The notes beneath the pieces were generated by a model that ran no database searches, was not told where the DNA came from, and saw nothing but the letters and a program-made list of their open reading frames with translations. Positions 53,431 through 63,568 of a stretch of DNA of 64,000 nucleotides are shown here, in pieces. A program made the translations under genes and the position numbers. How positions within the stretch are numbered: the first letter of the stretch is position 1; every line of letters starts with the position of its first letter. The DNA comes from Basidiobolus meristosporus CBS 931.73 (Eukaryota > Fungi > Basidiobolomycota), in assembly GCA_002104905.1 (NCBI GenBank), contig MCFE01000404.1, forward strand, positions 16,931 to 80,930, in the 5' to 3' direction.

Positions 53431-53509
53431 GTGGAGAGTGGAACAAGGTGGACATCAAACTAAAGTACAGGAAGTATACACTGTTTCAGAAGAAGGGAGG
53501 TTTAGGGGT

Positions 53510-53714
53510 GTTTTATTCAAGAGAAAAGTGTAATAAAACTCTTGAATGGTTTAACTGAACTAAAGAGACAATTAAGTGCAGAATCTTAGAATTGTTAGAG
53601 AGTGGCAGAGATATTAGCAGAGAAATTCTGGTCTAATATTGGTGTTGTATATAGCTGGTTTTGGCTATAAAGGCAACAGAGCTGGTTTGCTATGCAGGCT
53701 AGGCTTGGTGTTTG
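53510..53714 (-). repeat. Inverted, diverged copy of the Gypsy 5' leader
   Basis: The reverse complement matches about 61580-61790 (AACACCAAGCCTAGCCTGC...CTAAGATTCTGCACTTAATTGTC...CAAGAGTTTTATTACACTTT). Confidence 0.8.
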
Positions 53715-54382
53715 TAGGGGAGGGAAAGTCACCAAGTTGGTGAGGTCTTATTTGAGTCAAGAATTAATCTAAGTACAAATAAAGAAGCCAATTCAGAAGT
53801 CTAGAACCTCTCTAATAAGTAATTTAATTTATGTTTTGTTTCATCTCTAATGTTTGTTTCTATAAAGTAAAGCTCATCAGGGATAAATTTAAAATTCAAG
53901 GGTTTTGGGGGGAGTACAAATTGTAGATGTTTCTGATCAATACAATCCAAGACTGAAACCCAGCCTGGGATTAGGTGTAGTAGGAAAGGTGTGTGGACTT
54001 GTAAGTAGCTCTGCCACATAGATTTTAGATGGTCCTGTGCCAGTAGTCTTGGTTTCTCAGCTTTTTGAAGTTTTGAAGCAAGCTCTGTTACTACAGCAGA
54101 GCCAACCAGGGTGTGCCAGCAAGAAGATTTCAGGGAGGAGTTAGATTTAAGCCATTGTTTGATGGAAGGGTTATGTGATTTCAGAAGTTTGACTAGGAAG
54201 GAAGCACAAAGATAGACCATTTGGATTTGGTATGGGTAGAACCCAAAGGCTCCATTAGTTGCATGGATATAGGGAGATACTGGAAGATAAGGTACCAAGG
54301 ATCTGATACACTGATGGAGAAATTTATCCAGGCGGTGAAGTTCTCTGGAGGTTAGGGGTATAATGTGGAGACCAAATTCAAA
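53715..54382 (-). mobile_element. Telomeric non-LTR family A, copy A1 (5'-truncated)
   Basis: ORF 53801-54298 is the C-terminus of an RT ORF, followed by the shared tail. Confidence 0.85.
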
Positions 54383-55291
54383 TTAGGGGAGGGAAAGTCA
54401 CCAAGGTAGGAGAAATCTTTATTTGATTTCAGACAAGTCTAACTGCAAATAAAGAAGCCAGCTGGGAATAGAAGATTCCCAAAGTAAACACTAAGTTGAA
54501 TACATATAAATCTAAGCTAAAGTTAAGGCAGTATCACAGAGTACACTGGAGTTCAGGCTCATAGGTGAGTGAAGTAGATAAGCTTGAGAGATGTAATAAT
54601 CTTTGAGGAAGTGGGTAACAGCAGGTGAAGGGGGGTTTTTGATAAGTGAAGTGAATCTTGAGAGCAGAGATTCCACTAATGAGAAGGTCTTGTAAGCTGG
54701 AGAATCAGGAAACTCTTCAAAGGCATGGTCAGTAGGTTCCCGGTAAAACTGGTCAGAGACATTTTGAGAGAATTCTTTAGCAATACTTTTGTCAAGTACT
54801 ACCTCTAGAGTGTGATGGTAGATAACTCTCATGTTAACAATCTTGGATAAATTGTAACCTTGTTGCTTGAGATACATCCTATGCTCAGATATAGGAATAA
54901 ACTCCATATTGGCAAAGTAGCAGACAGCGCAGTCAGTAGCAGGAGGCAAATCAGAGGTGGCAGGAAACTTTCTTTTAGTCTTGGGAGGAGCAGCAGGATG
55001 TCTTGAGGAAGCAGGAACAGACTTTTTGACAGCTTCAGAGTAGGAAGAGTGAGCAGGAGCAGATGATTCTTGGGGAGTCTTGTTGGCAGGAAGTGTTGGC
55101 ACAGGGACAATTTATTCTTGCAGATCAGAGAAGGCAGAATACAGCTTTTGAACTTGCTTCTTGAGTAGAGCATTTTCAGCCTCAACAAGTGCAAGCCTTT
55201 CCTCAAGGAAAGAAATCTGAAGGGAATGGAGTGAAGGCATAAGAAACAAGAAGAAGAGGGTAGGATGGGGTGGGTGGGTGGCAAAATTAGC
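54383..55291 (-). mobile_element. ORF1-only non-autonomous element C with shared tail
   Basis: ATG 55240 to stop 54512 in one frame, with a single internal TAA at 55112-55114. Coiled coil and SYSEAVKK motif; the tail follows directly. Confidence 0.75.
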
Positions 55292-55982
55292 AGGGGGGAG
55301 ACAGTCACCAACAGGTGAAATCTTTATTTCAGTAGAAACAAAGAAGCCAGTGCTACTGTTGTAGCTTTGATACAATAGTGTGTAGCTGAGGGGAATTTGT
55401 AGGTAAGTTAATAAGAAGTGATGATAGCTCTTCAGTGCTCAAGACACTGTTCAGTGGGAAGGGGGGTAGCAAGAGAGGTAAGAAAGACTTGTGAACAACA
55501 TTAATGAGGGGAATGTGATAAGGATTGATATTCATCATAAAGGGAGTGTGCTGCTGCAGGTATTGCTGCCAAAGGTCTGTCAAGTACTTCAGGTAGGCCA
55601 GCTTGGGTTTTTCTGACTGCAGAATATAATGAGCAAATTTCTTGACTTCAGGATCTCCAAGTATAGTTCTCCAGCAGGAGCCAGTTGTAGTGTGGTGTGT
55701 TCTCTTCCAGGCCTTAATCATTGGGTTGTTGTAGTGGTGAAGTCTGAGATATAATCTGGTTCTAAGGTAGAGAAGTCTGATCTTATAGGGCATAAACCCA
55801 AAAGCACCAAGAATAGCATGTCTGTAGGGGCATTCAGGCAAATGAGGCACCAAGGAGGTAATGCACCATGCTGCAAACTTGTCAAGCTTAGTGCAGTCTC
55901 TAGAAGTAAGAGAGAGAAGTGGTAAGCCAAATTCCAGGACAGGGAAGACAAACTGCTTGAGTAGAAGGAGGCAGCTGGGAGC
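55292..55982 (-). mobile_element. Telomeric non-LTR family B, copy B1 (5'-truncated)
   Basis: ORF 55353-55853 is nearly identical to the C-terminus of the B2 RT ORF. Confidence 0.88.
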
Positions 55983-56705
55983 TTAGGTGGAGGGAAAGTC
56001 ACCAAGTTGGTGAAATCTTTATTTGAGTTAAGAACTAATAAAAATACAAATAAAGAAGCCAATTAAGAGGTCTAGAACCTCTCTAATAAGTAATCTAATT
56101 TATGTTTTGTTCCATCTTTAATGCTTGTTTCAATATAGTAAAGCTCATCAGGGGTAAATAGAAAATTCAAGGGTTTTGGGGGAAGTACAAACTGTAGATG
56201 TTTCTGATCAATATAATCCAAGACTGGAACCCAGCCTGGTATTAGGTGTAGTAGGAAAGGTGTGTGGACTTGTAAGTAGCTCTGCCACATAGATCTTAGA
56301 TGGTCCTGTGCCAGTAGTCTTGGTTTCTCAGCTTTTTGAAGTTTTGAAGCAAGCTCTGTTACTACAGCAGAGCCAACCAGGGTGTGCCAGCAAGAAGATT
56401 TCAGGGAGGAGTTAGATTTAAGCCATTGTTTGATGGAAGGGTTATGTGATTTCAGAAGTTTGACGAGGAAGGAAGCACAGAAATAGACCATTTGGATTTG
56501 GTATGGGTAGAACCCAAAGGCTCCATTAGTTGCATGGATATAGGGAGATACTGGAAGATAAGGTACCAAGGATCTGATACACTGATGGAGAAATTTATCC
56601 AGGTGGTGAAGTTCTCTGGGGGTTAGGGGTATAATGTGGAGACAAAATTCAAGTACTGGCAGTACATACTGCTTCAGAAGTATAGGGATCTTTTGAATTG
56701 GAGTG
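55983..56705 (-). mobile_element. Family A, copy A2 (5'-truncated, interrupted by an LTR)
   Basis: ORF 56072-56569 is nearly identical to that of A1. Confidence 0.88.
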
Positions 56706-57130
56706 TGTTGTGCATCAACATTTAAAACTTAGCCAATTTTACCTTGTTTGAAAATCTAGTACCCTAACTGATTTTCCCTAACCCAAACATAACAAATCCC
56801 AATTACAGTTTATTTTATCCCACCTCAGAATCTATTTTTAGCTATCACACCTGATCTATTTTCAAATGGTCATTATGTTATCAACCTATCTGCCAAGCCT
56901 TCCCAGGTGATTAGCCATCTGAGATCTATCCAACCACTGTGCAGTTGCCAAGACATCAGTTGATTGATGATGTAATTTTCATTTATCTTATGCACCTATG
57001 AACACCCAAATTGATTTCAATCAATCCAGTCCCTTGGTGCATACTACTTCAACTTGATCAGAAAAGTATAAATAAAGTTTACTGAACCTTTTGGTTTAGT
57101 GTGTGTCTCAACAAAATTAAGATTCTGTCT
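56706..57130 (+). repeat. Gypsy LTR copy, right end truncated
   Basis: Matches 61085-61508 and starts TGTTGTGCATCAACA. Cut about 20 bp before the LTR end by A3. Confidence 0.85.
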
Positions 57131-57475
57131 TAGGGGAGGGAAAGTCACCAAGTTGGTGAAATCTTTATTTGAGTTAAGAACTAATAAAAATACAAATAAA
57201 GAAGCCAATTAAGAGGTCTAGAACCTCTCTAATAAGTAATCTAATTTATGTTTTGTTTCATCTTTAATGCTTGTTTCAATATAGTAAAGCTCATCAGGGG
57301 TAAATAGAAAATTCAAGGGTTTTGGGGGAAGTACAAACTGTAGATGTTTCTGATCAATATAATCCAAGACTGGAACCCAGCCTGGTATTAGGTGTAGTAG
57401 GAAAGGTGTGTGGACTTGTAAGTAGCTCTGCCACATAGATCTTAGATGGTCCTGTGCCAGTAGTCTTGGTTTCTC
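57130..57475 (-). mobile_element. Family A, copy A3 (short 3' fragment)
   Basis: ORF 57218-57436 plus the tail. Confidence 0.88.
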
Positions 57476-59415
57476 TTAGGGTTAGGGGGGGAGACAGTCA
57501 CCAACAGGTGAAATCTTTATTTCAGTTGAAACAAAGAAGCCAGCGCTACTGTTGTAGCTTTGATACAAGAGTGTGTAGCTGAGGGGAATTTGTAGGTAAG
57601 CTAATAAGAAGTGATGATAGTTCTTCAGTGCTCAAGACACTGTTCAGTGGGAATGGGGGTAGCAAGAGAGGTAAGAATGACTTGTGAACAACATTAATGA
57701 GGGGAATGTGAAAAGGATTGATATTCATCATAAAGGGAGTGTGCTGCTGCAGATATTGCTGCCAAAGGTCTGTCAAGTACTTCAGGTAGGCCAGCTTGGG
57801 TTTTTCTGACTGCAGAATATAGTGAGCAAACTTCTTGACTTCAGGATCTCCAAGTATAGTTCTCCAGCAGGAGTCAGGTGTAGTGTGGTGTGTTCTCTTC
57901 CAGGCCTTAATCAGTGGGTTGTTGCAGTTGTGAAGTCTGAGGTATAATCTGGTTCTAAGGTAGAGAAGTCTGATCTTATAGGGCATAAACCCAAAAGCAC
58001 CAAGAATAGCATGTCTGTAGGGGCATTCAGGCAAATGAGGCACCAAGGAGGTAATGCACCATACTGCAAACTTGTCAAGCTTAGTGCAGTCTCTAGAAGT
58101 AAGAGAGAGAAGTGGTAAGCCAAAATCCAGGACAGGGAAGACAAACTGCTTGAGTAGAAGGAGGCAGCTGGGAGCTGAAGTTGTAGGAGGAGTAACAGCC
58201 AGTAGCTTGTGGAGTGCCTGTCTTGCCAGGATAATTCTCTTCTTCAGGTGTGCTCCAGAGTCTAGTCCAGTAGGAAGGAAAGGAAAGCCAAGATATGTAG
58301 CAGAAACCTGAGCAGGTAGAGTGGAGTTCTCCAAGTTGATGGGAGAGCCCAAAGGTACTGTCTTTGCAATGGAAAGCTGGAGATTATTCTTCTGCAGATA
58401 CTGGTGGATGGTCTGGGAGTCTTGTTGCACATTGGAGGAGGATATTCTGATGTCATCGGCAAAGAGAGTAACCAGGCAGTCAGCTGAGAGTCTTGGGAAA
58501 TCATTCAGGAAGATGGCAAACAGTATAGGACCAAGCACAGAGCCTTGAACCACTCCATTAGGAACTGAGAACATAGCTGATTGCTCACTTGGGTGCAGAA
58601 TTCTTGCTTGTGGATCCAGAAACAGAGACCTGACAAGGAGGGTGAGAGAGGTACTGGAGAAGCATTGCAACTTGGACCAAAGCAGATTTCTGTCAACTGA
58701 ATCAAAGGCCTTAGTAATATCAAACAGAACAGAGGGATACTTGCACTGGAGAGAGTGATCTTGGCTAAGTATGACTGCATATTCCAAGGAGAGGCCAGGA
58801 ACAAAGCCAAACTGTGCAGGATGAAACTTGAGGGAGTCAGAGTAGAGCTCCTGAGCAAGCAGAAGCTCAAACACCTTTCTGCAGGTGGGCAGCAGAGATA
58901 TTGGCCTGTAGGAGCTAGGATCCAGGTGCTTTCCTTTACCCTTGTACAGTGGCAGAACATTTGCAAAGGACCATTCCTCAGGAGTAGAAAGCTGGGCTGA
59001 GCATTGCTGAAACAGTGGAAGCAGAAGTGCAGACATGGCCTTGGTACTAGTCTTCAGAAGCTCATAGGAGATTGTGTCCACACCTGGAGCAGTAGAGTTG
59101 GGAAGCCTCTCAAGCACATTATGGATTCTCCTTTGATCAAGTGCAAGTGGGATGGGCAGAGTCTTGAAGTCAGGATGAAAGCCAGGAGTTGAGTACTGCT
59201 TTGTAGAGAAGAAGATGTTAGCCAGCTGTTCTGTTGAAGGTAACTTCCTGGAAGAGGGCCTCATTGCCCTGTAGAGTCTTGATACTGTTCTTGTTATAGA
59301 GTTGGAAGATTGCAGAGGCAAAGAACTCATAATATGATCCCAGAGCTGAGTATGCAGAGTGTGGTGAATTGCCTTGGAGTGGTGTATTGCTGTCAGGAGG
59401 AGTTTCTCTGTTTTT
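57476..59415 (-). mobile_element. Family B, copy B2 (longest; 5'-truncated upstream of RT)
   Basis: Begins (+) TTAGGGTTAGGGGGGGAGACAGTCACC and carries an uninterrupted RT ORF. Confidence 0.92.
57546..59415 (-). CDS. Non-LTR (LINE-type) reverse transcriptase, N-terminally truncated, open frame
   Basis: APGVDTISYELLK, YRPISLLPTCRKVFE, QFGF, FDITKAFDSV, GVVQGSVLGPILFAIFLND, LFADD, YLG. No CCHC, REL or RNase H motif seen in the C-terminus. Confidence 0.95.
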
Positions 59416-59739
59416 GGGTTAGGGGGGGAGACAGTCACCAACAGGTGAAATCTTTATTTCAGTTGAAACAAAGAAGCCAGCGCTACTGTTGTAGCTTTGA
59501 TACAAGAGTGTGTAGCTGAGGGGAATTTGTAGGTAAGTTAATAAGAAGTGATGATAGTTCTTCAGTGCTCAAGACACTGTTCAGTGGGAAGGGGGGTAGC
59601 AAGAGAGGTAAGAATGACTTGTGAACAACATTAATGAGGGGAAGGTGATAAGGATTGATATTCATCATAAAGGGAGTGTGCTGCTGCAGATATTGCTGCC
59701 AAAGGTCTGTCAAGTACTTCAGGTAAGCCAGCTTGGGTT
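59416..59739 (-). mobile_element. Family B, copy B3 (short 3' fragment)
   Basis: Tail plus ORF 59483-59713. Confidence 0.88.
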
Positions 59740-60271
59740 TTAGGGTTAGGGGGGAGGAAAGTCACCAAGTGGTGAAATCTTTATTTACTTATGACAAGTA
59801 TCTAAAGAAGCCAAGTTAATCTGAAGTTATTCCTAGAAAGCTAGGTCTGAGAGATATCTTCCTGGTAAGCCAGGTCTGAGAGTTGAGAAGCTGAGTGGTA
59901 CTATATTTCCTAGTTAGCTAGGTCTGAGAGAGGTTTCCTGGAAAGCCAGGTCTGAGAAGTGAGAATCTGAATATATCTGAGCTAAGTTATACTGGTTTGC
60001 GGTAGCTGAATTGTGGCCGGAATGGCCAGTAGACTGGTGGAACTGAGATGAATTTCTGGGCGATCACTGGCCAAATTTACTAGGCAAATCTGGCCAATTG
60101 GCATTTCAAGGATATCAGCCAATCGGAGCCTTTACTTTGCCCAATGGTTGATCAAGCCATCTCCCAATGAGCACACACCAATTTATTGATCAAATTTTGC
60201 TGGATCCAGGATTTGAACCCACTACCATGGGTATGGAAGGGTTAGGGATAACCACAAGGCTAAGTGTTCTT
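59740..60271 (-). mobile_element. tRNA-derived SINE (element D) with the telomeric-LINE tail
   Basis: A box TAGCCTTGTGG and B box GGTTCAAATCC, 32 nt apart; no T4 run on the sense strand; shared tail ending CCCCCCTAACCCTAA. Confidence 0.75.
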
Positions 60272-61084
60272 GGTTAGGGGGGAGACAGTCACCAACAGGT
60301 GAAATCTTTATTTCAGTTGAAACAAAGAAGCCAGCGCTACTGTTGTAGCTTTGATACAAGAGTGTGTAGCTGAGGGGAATTAGTAGGTAAGTTAATAAGA
60401 AGTGATGATAGTTCTTCAGTGCTCAAGACACTGTTCAGTGGGAATGGGGGTAGCAAGAGAGGTAAGAATGACTTGTGAACAACATTAATGAGGGGAATGT
60501 GATAAGGATTGATATTCATCATAAAGGGAGTGTGCTGCTGCAGATATTGCTGCCAAAGGTCTGTCAAGTACTTCAGGTAGGCCAGCTTGGGTTTTTCTGA
60601 CTGCAGAATATAGTGAGCAAACTTCTTGACTTCAGGATCTCCAAGTATAGTTCTCCAGCAGGAGTCAGGTGTAGTGTGGTGTGTTCTCTTCCAGGCCTTA
60701 ATCAGTGGGTTGTTGCAGTTGTGAAGTCTGAGGTATAATCTGGTTCTAAGGTAGAGAAGTCTGATCTTATAGGGCATAAACCCAAAAGCACCAAGAATAG
60801 CATGTCTGTAGGGGCATTCAGGCAAATGAGGCACCAAGGAGGTAATGCACCATACTGCAAACTTGTCAAGCTTAGTGCAGTCTCTAGAAGTAAGAGAGAG
60901 AAGTGGTAAGCCAAAATCCAGGACAGGGAAGACAAACTGCTTGAGTAGAAGGAGGCAGCTGGGAGCTGAAGTTGTAGGAGGAGTAACAGCCAGTAGCTTG
61001 TGGAGTGCCTGTCTTGCTAGGATGATTCTCTTCTTCAGGTGTGCTCCAGAGTCTAGTCCAGTAGGAAGGAAAGGAAAGCCAAGA
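60272..61084 (-). mobile_element. Family B, copy B4 (interrupted by a Gypsy LTR)
   Basis: Tail plus ORF 60337-60837. Identity to B2 stops at ...GAAAGCCAAGA, where the LTR's TGTTG begins. Confidence 0.88.
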
Positions 61085-63568
61085 TGTTGTGCATCAACAT
61101 TTAAAACTTAGCCAATTTTACTCCGTTTGAAAATCTAGTACCCTAACTGATTTTCCCTAACCCAAACATAACAAATCCCAGTTACAGTTTATTTTATCCC
61201 ACCTCAGAATCTACTTTTAGCTATCACACCTGATCTATTTTCAAATGGTCATTACGTTATCAACATATCTGCCAAGCCTTCCCAGGTGATTAGTCATCTG
61301 AGATCTATCCAACCACGGTGCAGTTGCCAAGACATCAGTTGATTGATGATGTAATTTTCATTTATCTTATGCACCTATGAACACCCAAATTGATTTCAAT
61401 CAATCCAGTCCCTTGGCGCTTACTAATTCAACTTGATCAGAAAAGTATAAATAAAGTTTACTGAACCTTTGGTTTAGTGTGTGTCTCAACGAAATTAAGA
61501 TTCTGTCTCAGCAAAAATAAAGAATCCAACAATTCCGTTCTAGTTTCTATCCCAGCCTAGTATATCTAGCACTCCAAAGAACACCAAGCCTAGCCTGCCT
61601 AGCAAACAAATATCATTTATAGCCAATCCAGCTATATCCAAGACCAATATTAGATCAGAATCTTTCTGCTAATATTTCCGCCACTCTCTGACAATTCTAA
61701 GATTCTGCACTTAATTGTCCCTTTGGTTCAGTTAAACTATTCAAGAGTTTTATTACACTTTCTCTTGGATACAACATTTTTTTCGTTGAATTCCATTACA
61801 TTCAGCCAATTAGAAGATGTCCTCAGCAGCAAGCAATCCAAACCTTTCCATGTTGGAAGAGGCCAGAAGAAATCAGGAAGAACTTACTGAACAGCTTGAA
61901 AATATCATGCTTGAAAGAAACACCATGATGCTTGAGCACTCAAAGCTTGCCAAAACAAGATCTGATAATCACCGTAGAGATGAACTCCTTGAAGTTATAT
62001 CCGGTTACCAAGATGAAATTGGAATAATTAAGGAAGCACTGGAGAATATTGCCATAGTAATTGACAGCATTGAAAATCCGCCAAGCCTTGCTCTGCATCA
62101 GCCACCAAGAAGTCATGCCTTTGAATCCTCCAGATCTACATCTCCTTCTAGACCTGCCCCGGTGGTTGTCCCAAGATCCTTGCCTGTTTATGCTGAAGGC
62201 ACCAATGCCATCAAGAATCCAACTGAGTTTCTTTACAAGTTTAGTCACGTCTTAGCTGCACACCAGCTAGACCCTGACACCAACTGGGCTAGACTTCTGC
62301 CTCTCTGTCTCACAATGCAAGATGCTGACTGGGTTGAAGTGAACATTCCTTCCAATAGTACGTGGAAAATTGCCCAAAACCTCTTTTGCAGCCATTTTGA
62401 AGATCCTCTCAAGAAAGCACATCTGAACTGCAACTTATGGAAAACTAAAATGCAAAAAGGTGAATCTGTGCAACACTTCTGTGATAGATTCCAAAGACAA
62501 ATGAGATTAGCTGGAGTTAGTGATGATAATCCATCGCTTACTGCTCATTTTCTTTCAAACTTTTCACACCAGCTACAGAGCAATATTGCTATTGTCAAAG
62601 CATGTAACCCTGCACGTACCTATGACCAGATCTCAGAGATATGTACACTGGCAATCACCTTAACTGCAGCTGTTAGCCAGACTTCAGGCAACTCAACCCA
62701 ATATCCCACAACAGCCGGAAAAGAGACCAGTCATGTGACCAAGAAGCAGTCAACCGCTACTAAGCACTGTGAGCTTCATGGGAAATGCTATCATTCTACT
62801 AGTGAATGCAAAGGCATCACCAAGCAGTCAAACAAGTCAGGAAACACCGCAGAAAAGCAGCAAAACACCAAAACTGATAATCCATATGCTGATGACAAGT
62901 GCTTTAAATGTGGAAATATGGGACATAGATCACCTGCCTGTCCTGAGAAGAACTCCACACCATCAGCCAAAATTACCCAGATCCTTGATGATCATTCAGC
63001 CAATGATACAATGGGGTATGAAGAAGCATATGAAGAACTTACAGTTTAAGATTATCACAACCTCTTTGAGTTTCCGGCTAAAATTGCAACTGTTCAAGAA
63101 AAGAAGCAACCAATCACACAGCTCAAAGCCATAGAAGTGCCACTCACCCTCAATGGCCATTCATACGTAGCACTACTGGATACTAAATCATCCAACTCTA
63201 TTGTATCACCCAATGTAGTCAGAGAACTCAATTTGGAGATAGAAAAATGACCAGGAAAAATCATTCTTGCCGCTAAGGATCTCTCAGCCCCAAGAATTGG
63301 CATTACCAACCCAATCAACATACATTGTGGCTCAGTAACCATAATCCATCAGATGGAAGTGATTGACATACCAGATGGACCTCAGGTAGTCATTGGTCTG
63401 GACACCTTCAGCAAACTTGGCTTTCACATAGGCGGACTACCAGTTTCCTATCCAGGAATCACTAAATCTCAGCCACTCATAATGGATCAAATCCCAGAGA
63501 TTATCTCATCCCAACCAGAAGAAGAAGAGTTAACCCCAACTTTTCAAGAATATTCTCAATCAGTCAAG
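61085..63568 (+). mobile_element. Ty3/Gypsy element: 5' LTR (61085-61531), leader, gag, protease; truncated
   Basis: LTR TGTTG...CAACA; gag with a CFKCGNMGHRSPAC knuckle. The pol frame continues after TAA with VPLTLNG...ALLDTKS and ...VIGLDTF; stops present. Confidence 0.85.
61817..63049 (+). CDS. Gypsy Gag (410 aa)
   Basis: Retrotransposon-gag-like core (FLYKFSHVL...W...F...F...MQKGESVQHFCDRF) plus a CCHC knuckle. Confidence 0.85.
   Translation: MSSAASNPNLSMLEEARRNQEELTEQLENIMLERNTMMLEHSKLAKTRSDNHRRDELLEVISGYQDEIGIIKEALENIAIVIDSIENPPSLALHQPPRSHAFESSRSTSPSRPAPVVVPRSLPVYAEGTNAIKNPTEFLYKFSHVLAAHQLDPDTNWARLLPLCLTMQDADWVEVNIPSNSTWKIAQNLFCSHFEDPLKKAHLNCNLWKTKMQKGESVQHFCDRFQRQMRLAGVSDDNPSLTAHFLSNFSHQLQSNIAIVKACNPARTYDQISEICTLAITLTAAVSQTSGNSTQYPTTAGKETSHVTKKQSTATKHCELHGKCYHSTSECKGITKQSNKSGNTAEKQQNTKTDNPYADDKCFKCGNMGHRSPACPEKNSTPSAKITQILDDHSANDTMGYEEAYEELTV

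Noticed and set aside
53715-53790. Hammerhead ribozyme in the shared tail (stem-GAAA-stem on the + strand)
   Set aside because: There is no CUGANGA core and no UH cleavage triplet on either strand.
54348-54360. GGTTAGGGG inside family A as an extra junction (also at about 56620)
   Set aside because: It is present at the same place in A1 and A2 and lies within continuous coding sequence (IIPLT).
57546-59415. Penelope-like (Athena/Coprina) or telomerase RT identity
   Set aside because: The motifs (APGxD, YRPISLL, QxGF, GVxQGSxLGP, FADD, YLG) are typical LINE-type RT.
59416-59441. Start of the 631-aa ORF (MVTVSPPNP), and likewise ORF 54829-55311
   Set aside because: Junction artefact: these codons come from the neighbouring element's 3' tail, read with a TTG start. 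The true RT N-terminus is missing, so the element cannot be called endonuclease-less.
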